NCBI GenBank assembly: GCA_032718475.1 | Contig: JAUCBJ010005798.1 | Span: 1-52,749, forward strand | Reading direction: 5' to 3' | DNA from: Nemertoderma westbladi | Taxonomy: Eukaryota > Animalia > Xenacoelomorpha | Length of the DNA stretch: 52,749 nt | Shown: one piece after another, positions 47,401-52,749 of the stretch | How positions within the stretch are numbered: the first letter of the stretch is position 1 | How the letters are laid out: the number at the start of each line of letters is the position of its first letter | Program-made: the position numbers and the translations under genes | Notes under the pieces: generated by a model | Seen by the model: the letters and a program-made list of their open reading frames with translations, nothing else | What the model was told of the DNA's origin: nothing | Database searches by the model: none

Positions 47401-50093
47401 ATTACATTAATGTGCCGTCTCGCACTCTGAGACGCTGCTGAGTTACATTACTGTGCCTTCTCGAATTCGGAGACGCTGCAGGGTTACAGTACTGTGCCGT
47501 CTCACACACCGAGACGCTGCAAGATTACATTATTGTGCCGTCTCAAATTCGGAAACGCTACAGGTATACAGTACTGTGCCGTCTCGCACACCGAGACGCT
47601 GCAAGATTACATTACTGTGCTGTCTCGAATTCGGAGACGCTACAGGGTTACAGTACTGTGCCGTCTCGCACTCTGAGACGCTGCTGGTTTACAGTACTGT
47701 GTCGTTTCGAATTCGGAGACACTACAGGGTTACAGTACTGTGCCGTCTCGCACTCTGAGACGCTGCTGGGTTACATTACTGTGCCGTCTCGCACTCTGAG
47801 ACGTTGCTGGATTACATTACTGTACCGTCATGTACTGAGAGACGTTGTAGGGTTACAGTACTGTGACGTCTCGCACACCGAGACGCCGCCAAGATTACAT
47901 TACTGTGCCGTCTCGCACTCTGAGACGCTGCTGGGTTACATTACTGTGCCGTCTCGAATTCGGAGACCCTGCAAGGTTACAGTACTGTGCCGTCTCGCAC
48001 ACCGAGACACTGCAAGATTACATTACTGTGCCGTCTCGAATTCGGAGACGCTGCAGGGTTACAGTACTGTGCCGTCTCGCACTCTGAGACGCTGCTGGGT
48101 TACAATACTGTGCCGTCTCGCACTCTGAGACGCTGCTGGGTTACATTACTGTGCCGTCTCGCACTCTGAGACGCTGTAGGGTTACAGTACAGTGTCGTTT
48201 CGAATTCGGAGACGCTGCAAGATTACATTACTGTGCCGCCTCGAATTCGGAGACGCTACAGGGTTACAGTACTGTGCCGTCTCGCACTCTGAGACGCTGC
48301 TGGGTTATAGTACTGTGTCGTTTCGAATTCGGAGACGCTACAGGGTTACAGTACTGTACCGTCTTGCACTCTGAGACGCTGCAGGGTTACAGTACTGTGT
48401 CGTTTCGAATTCGGAGACGCTACAGGTTTACAGTACTGTGCCGTCTCGCACACCGAGACCCTGAAAGATGACATTACTGTGCCGTCTCGAATTCGGAGAC
48501 GCTACAGTGTTATATTACTGTGCCGTCTCGCACTCTGAGACGCTTGTGGGTTACAGTACTGTGTCGTTTCGAATTCGGAGACGCTACAGGATTACAGTAC
48601 TGTGCCGTCTCGCACACCGAGACGCTGCAAGATTACATTACTGTGCCGTCTCGCACACCGAGACGCTGCAAGATTACATTACTGTGCGGGCTCGATTTCG
48701 GAGACGCTGCAGGGTTACAGCACTGTGCCGTCTCGAATTCGGAGACGCTGCAGAGTTAAAGTACTGTGCCGTCTCGCACTCTGAGACGCTGCTGGGTTAC
48801 ATTACTGTGCCGTTTCGAATTCGGAGACGCTACAGGGTTACAGTACTGTGCCGTCTCGCACTCTGAGACGCTGCTGGGTTACAATACTGTGCCGTCTCGC
48901 ACTCTGAGACGCTGCTGGGTTACATTACTGTGCCGTCTCGCACTCTGAGACGCTGCTGGGTTACATTATTGTGCCGTCATGTACTGAGAGACGCTGTAGG
49001 GTTACAGTACTGTGCCGTCTCGCACACCGAGACGCTGCAATATTACATTACTGTGCCGTCTCGCATTCTGAGACGCTGCTGGGTTACATTACTGTTCCGT
49101 CTCGCACTCTGAGACGTTGCTGGGTTACATTACTGTGCCGTCATGTACTGAGAGACGCTGTAGGGTTACAGTACTGTGCCGTCTCGCACACCGAGACGCT
49201 GCAAGATTACATTACTGTGCCGTCTCGCACTCTGAGACGCTGCTGGGTTACATTACTGTGCCGTCTCGCACTCTGAGACGCTGCTGGGTTACATTACTGT
49301 GCCGTCATGTACTGAGAGACGCTGTAGGGTTACAGTACTGTGCCGTCTCGCACACCGAGACGCTGCAAGATTACATTACTGTGCCGTCTCGCACTCTGAG
49401 ACGCTGCTGGGTTACATTACTGTGCCGTCATGTACTGAGAGACGCTGTAGGGTTACAGTACTGTGCCGTCTCGCACACCGAGACGCTGCAAGATTACATT
49501 ACTGTGCCGTCTCGCATTCTGAGACGCTGCTGGGTTACATTACTGTGCCATCTCGCACTCTGAGACGTTGCTGGGTTACATTACTGTGCCGTCATGTACT
49601 GAGAGACGCTGTAGGGTTACAGTACTGTGCCGTCTCGCACACCGAGACGCTGCAAGATTACATTACTGTGCCGTCTCGCATTCTGAGACGCTGCTGGGTT
49701 ACATTACTGTGCCATCTCGCACTCTGAGACGTTGCTGGGTTACATTACTGTGCCGTCATGTACTGAGAGACGCTGTAGGGTTAAAGTACTGTGCCGTCTC
49801 GCACAACGAGACGCTGCAAGATTACATTACTGTGCCGTCTCGCACTCTGAGACGCTGCTGGGTTACATTACTGTGCCGTCTCGCACTCTGAAACGCTGCT
49901 GGGTTACATTACTGTGCCGTCATGTACTGAGAGACGCTGTAGGGTTACAGTACTGTGCCGTCTCGCACACCGAGACGCTGCAAGATTACATTACTGTGCC
50001 GTCTCGCACTCTGAGACGCTGCTGGGTTACATTACTGTGCCGTCATGTACTGAGAGACGCTGTAGGGTTACAGTACTGTGCCGTGCCGTCTCG
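35414..50093. repeat. 41-bp satellite (~360 units, 14.7 kb) with higher-order structure, filling the intron between coding exons 1 and 2
   Basis: Consensus GTTACAGTACTGTGCCGTCTCGTACTCTGAGACGCTACATT, with 40-bp variants. Identical or near-identical ORF-track peptides recur at offsets 245, 1435, 2952 and about 2520. Confidence 0.97.
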
Positions 50094-50138
50094 ATCTCCA
50101 GTCTTTTCTATTTATAAATTTGATAAATTATAACTAAC

Positions 50139-50534
50139 CCTTCCAATATTAGGGGCGTCTTTCTTCCAGTCATCATCTTTTTCTAAAGTGTTTCTGTTGA
50201 AGACATCGAGATCTCCGTCATCGTCGTCACTGTTTCTGGTGAGTTCTCCGGAACCGGAAGCAGATAGTCTGTAGTCAGTGCTGCTAGACGACGCTAGGTA
50301 GTCGGTACCGGTCGTCCTAGATGTTCCGGTATTCTTTGACGAATAGTTTGTTTCGGAAGACGCCGATGAGTAACCAGCGGACAACGAGTGTCGAGTGATT
50401 GGGGAGTATTTGGGGATGTCGTAGTGGGAATTAGTTTCCCAAATATCCGGTTGAGTTAGTCGGCGGAATCTCGCGGATATAGCGGAGGTTAACGTAGATG
50501 CCGACCGACGTAACTGCGGTCTATCAGTTGTCAT
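50139..50534 (-). CDS. Clavesin-like gene, first coding exon (Ser/Thr-rich extension plus start of CRAL-TRIO N)
   Basis: ccatatag|ACGGGTCACC-ATG (acceptor at 50545-50546, good Kozak context); open for 132 codons to donor AGG|gttagt (phase 0). The end NTLEK..P..GR joined to SVYRVRQTI aligns by eye to clavesin ETIEK..P..DIQQVRDMI. Confidence 0.75.
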
Positions 50535-52046
50535 GGTGACCCGTCTATATGGAAATGGCTATAAACAGGCTAAAATATAATTATCAGTTATGTTTCAGTT
50601 GATCGGTTTGATCCAACAAGAAATCGAATTTTAAATTACATGTAAATTAATATTAGGCCTATATATTGGAGTTTAACAGGGATCAGACTTCTGGGGATTT
50701 CGGGATCGCATAGGATTGCGATTTCAGTGATGAAAATTATGTTTGTATGTTTTGGGCAACTTCACTGGTCACTCCTGAAATGTTTGAAAGATTAAATGGA
50801 TATTAAAATTAATTAATAACTTTCTTGTATTCTTGTATTAATTTTACGGTTTATAGCAATTGATAAAAAACCAAGGAGAACTCATAGAGCACACCTATAT
50901 AAAATGTTAAAGAACATACAAACAAAGATAAATTAAAAACATAAACAAAAAATAAACGAAACGATGAATTAGAAACAAGTTTACAAAAAAAAAAGCACAA
51001 TGAATGAAGGATAATATGATTAGTTATGGGACTTAAACAGTCTAAGAATAAATTTTAATGCAATAATGAAATTAATTAGTTTACATGATGGTAACTAGAG
51101 AGCAACGAGCAGTCATGTGATTTAAAACAGTCTAAAAATAATTACTATACATGATGAATAATAAAAAAAAAAGCAGAACGAGCAGTCAATGAGCAGTCGT
51201 GTTATTAAACTGTCTAAAAAAAATAAATAAATAAAAATCATATGTCAATAATAGAAATAGTTAACAGGATGAAGGTAATAATAAAAAGCACGATTCAATT
51301 ATGATATGGTACAACGTAAGCAATCCGGTGATTTAATTATCACTAGAGTTTTAATATTTAAGATAAGAATAGGATAAGCATAAAAATTGTATATTGATTA
51401 TATTATTATATAATATATATTATTATATAACTTATTACTGGATGCTTTTGTGACATATAATTTAATAATTTAATATAGTCAATCAACTTTATAGTACCAA
51501 CAGTGGGATTATTAAACAAGCTTTACTTCTCTAGTTCCAGAAAGTCGGTATCGGGATTACTTTCCTATTCCTAGCCATGATTTGGAATTATCGGGATGCA
51601 ACCGGTACATATTGGTATAGATTGAGAAAATAATGTATATTTGGTTATGAAACTGAAAGTAAGTATTTATAATACCGTTTAGATAAAGGCTAGAAGAAAG
51701 TCCAACCAGAATAATTCTAAAAATTTAAAATAAATCACTTCTACAGACTGAGGGACGACAGCGCTGTCCTACTTTTAACATCTGAGTAGCTCCAATCGAA
51801 ACATTTCATTAAATTTTGACTTATCAGATCTCAAGCAGTGGCTTTATACTGTTATTTAAACTGTCCAAACATGTACAATTACATTTGAAGATGTTCCTCC
51901 TATATAGGCCTACACTTTAACAGGATGTTATAGAATTACATTTGTGATTAGTGTATTAGGCTAGACAGAAATGGATTACTTCAAAGTATTTAGTCCTATT
52001 TATTTATGTGCTGCATATTTAGACCTATATATCGTAAAAATATACA

Positions 52047-52210
52047 ACTCACCAATGACAAGCAGTGTAAAAAAGATTCACACGGAATAATAACAAATAA
52101 TGTGTTTTTAATTTTTTTTAAGCTACTGTGGTAAGAGTAATTTACAGCTCTGTACGCCAACTCAACTCAATATGAATGAAACTGCGGCGACATAAATATT
52201 TATGAGCTAA
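52047..52210 (-). other. Possible non-coding 5' exon and core promoter of the clavesin-like gene
   Basis: Consensus donor TTG|GTGAGT at 52052-52047. A weak TATA-like CATAAATA near 52197-52204 is followed about 25 nt later by an Inr-like TCATTC. Motif evidence only. Confidence 0.25.
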
Positions 52211-52749
52211 AAAACCCATTTGGGTTATGTTGGGTGACGACAGGGGCTATCAGATAAATGGCATATCTGTCTGACACGCGAAGAATTTGATTCCAAAACT
52301 AAACTACAGTAGTCCTGATTGAGTCTCAATACCACAGTTGTTGTACTTCTATTACTATTACTGATGTTCATTCGTATTTCTACACAGATAAAACTTGAAC
52401 AGTTAAGATAATAATATCACTGTAGGGATGATGAGGGGGGTGGGGGGGGGGGCTAATAAAAAAGTTTATAAAAAGGGGAACAATTGGTTACGAAACGAAT
52501 GATAAAACTACCATAGGGGGGATCATACAGTTTATGCAAAAATTAAAAAGTTCTTAAAATACGTTCAAATTCACAGATACTGTAGGTGAGGGGGTACTGA
52601 GACCAAATAAAAATCGACGCAAATAACAAACAGCTGAATACGATCAAAAACTAAACTGCTACCTGAGCTATTGACTTTTGTTTATTGTTTTGGTTATAAT
52701 AACATGCCACGGTAACCTGATCATTTCCCATAATAGATAAAATAAAATT

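Noticed and set aside
35414-50093. CRISPR-like look (constant palindromic block alternating with a variable block)
   Set aside because: The variable parts are a few recurring point variants of one monomer, not unique spacers; no cas genes; eukaryotic intron context.
36241-50133. Dozens of ORF-track peptides (LQYCAVSYSETL...)
   Set aside because: These are translations of the 41-bp satellite cycling through frames; no coding signal.

Overview
Repeat-rich eukaryotic (metazoan, probably invertebrate) DNA; no prokaryotic operons, rRNA or CRISPR. Left third: an old CR1-type LINE relic is split by a complete 14.1-kb non-autonomous BEL/Pao LTR retrotransposon (2189-16303, minus strand, two 1170-bp TG..CA LTRs, TSD GACCT). 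This element has lost RT and integrase, carries a decayed extra ORF with SGNH-esterase-like motif order, and has no tRNA PBS; instead the 19 nt next to the 5' LTR are complementary to the LTR itself (Tf1-like self-priming geometry). It also hosts a Merlin transposon and a piggyBac-type MITE. Right two-thirds: a six-coding-exon clavesin/CRALBP-like CRAL-TRIO gene on the minus strand (17895-50534), mostly missed by the ORF track. About two thirds of its span is three tandem arrays. Two of them (55 bp x ~15.6 and 91 bp x ~69) are built from the gene's own 3' splice site plus the first 40-45 nt of the following exon, so each real exon is the last unit of a train of decoy acceptors. The third is a 14.7-kb palindromic 41-bp satellite with layered higher-order repeats. 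An RTE LINE fragment and several MITE-like elements fill the other introns. All family calls are from motifs recognised by eye, not database searches.
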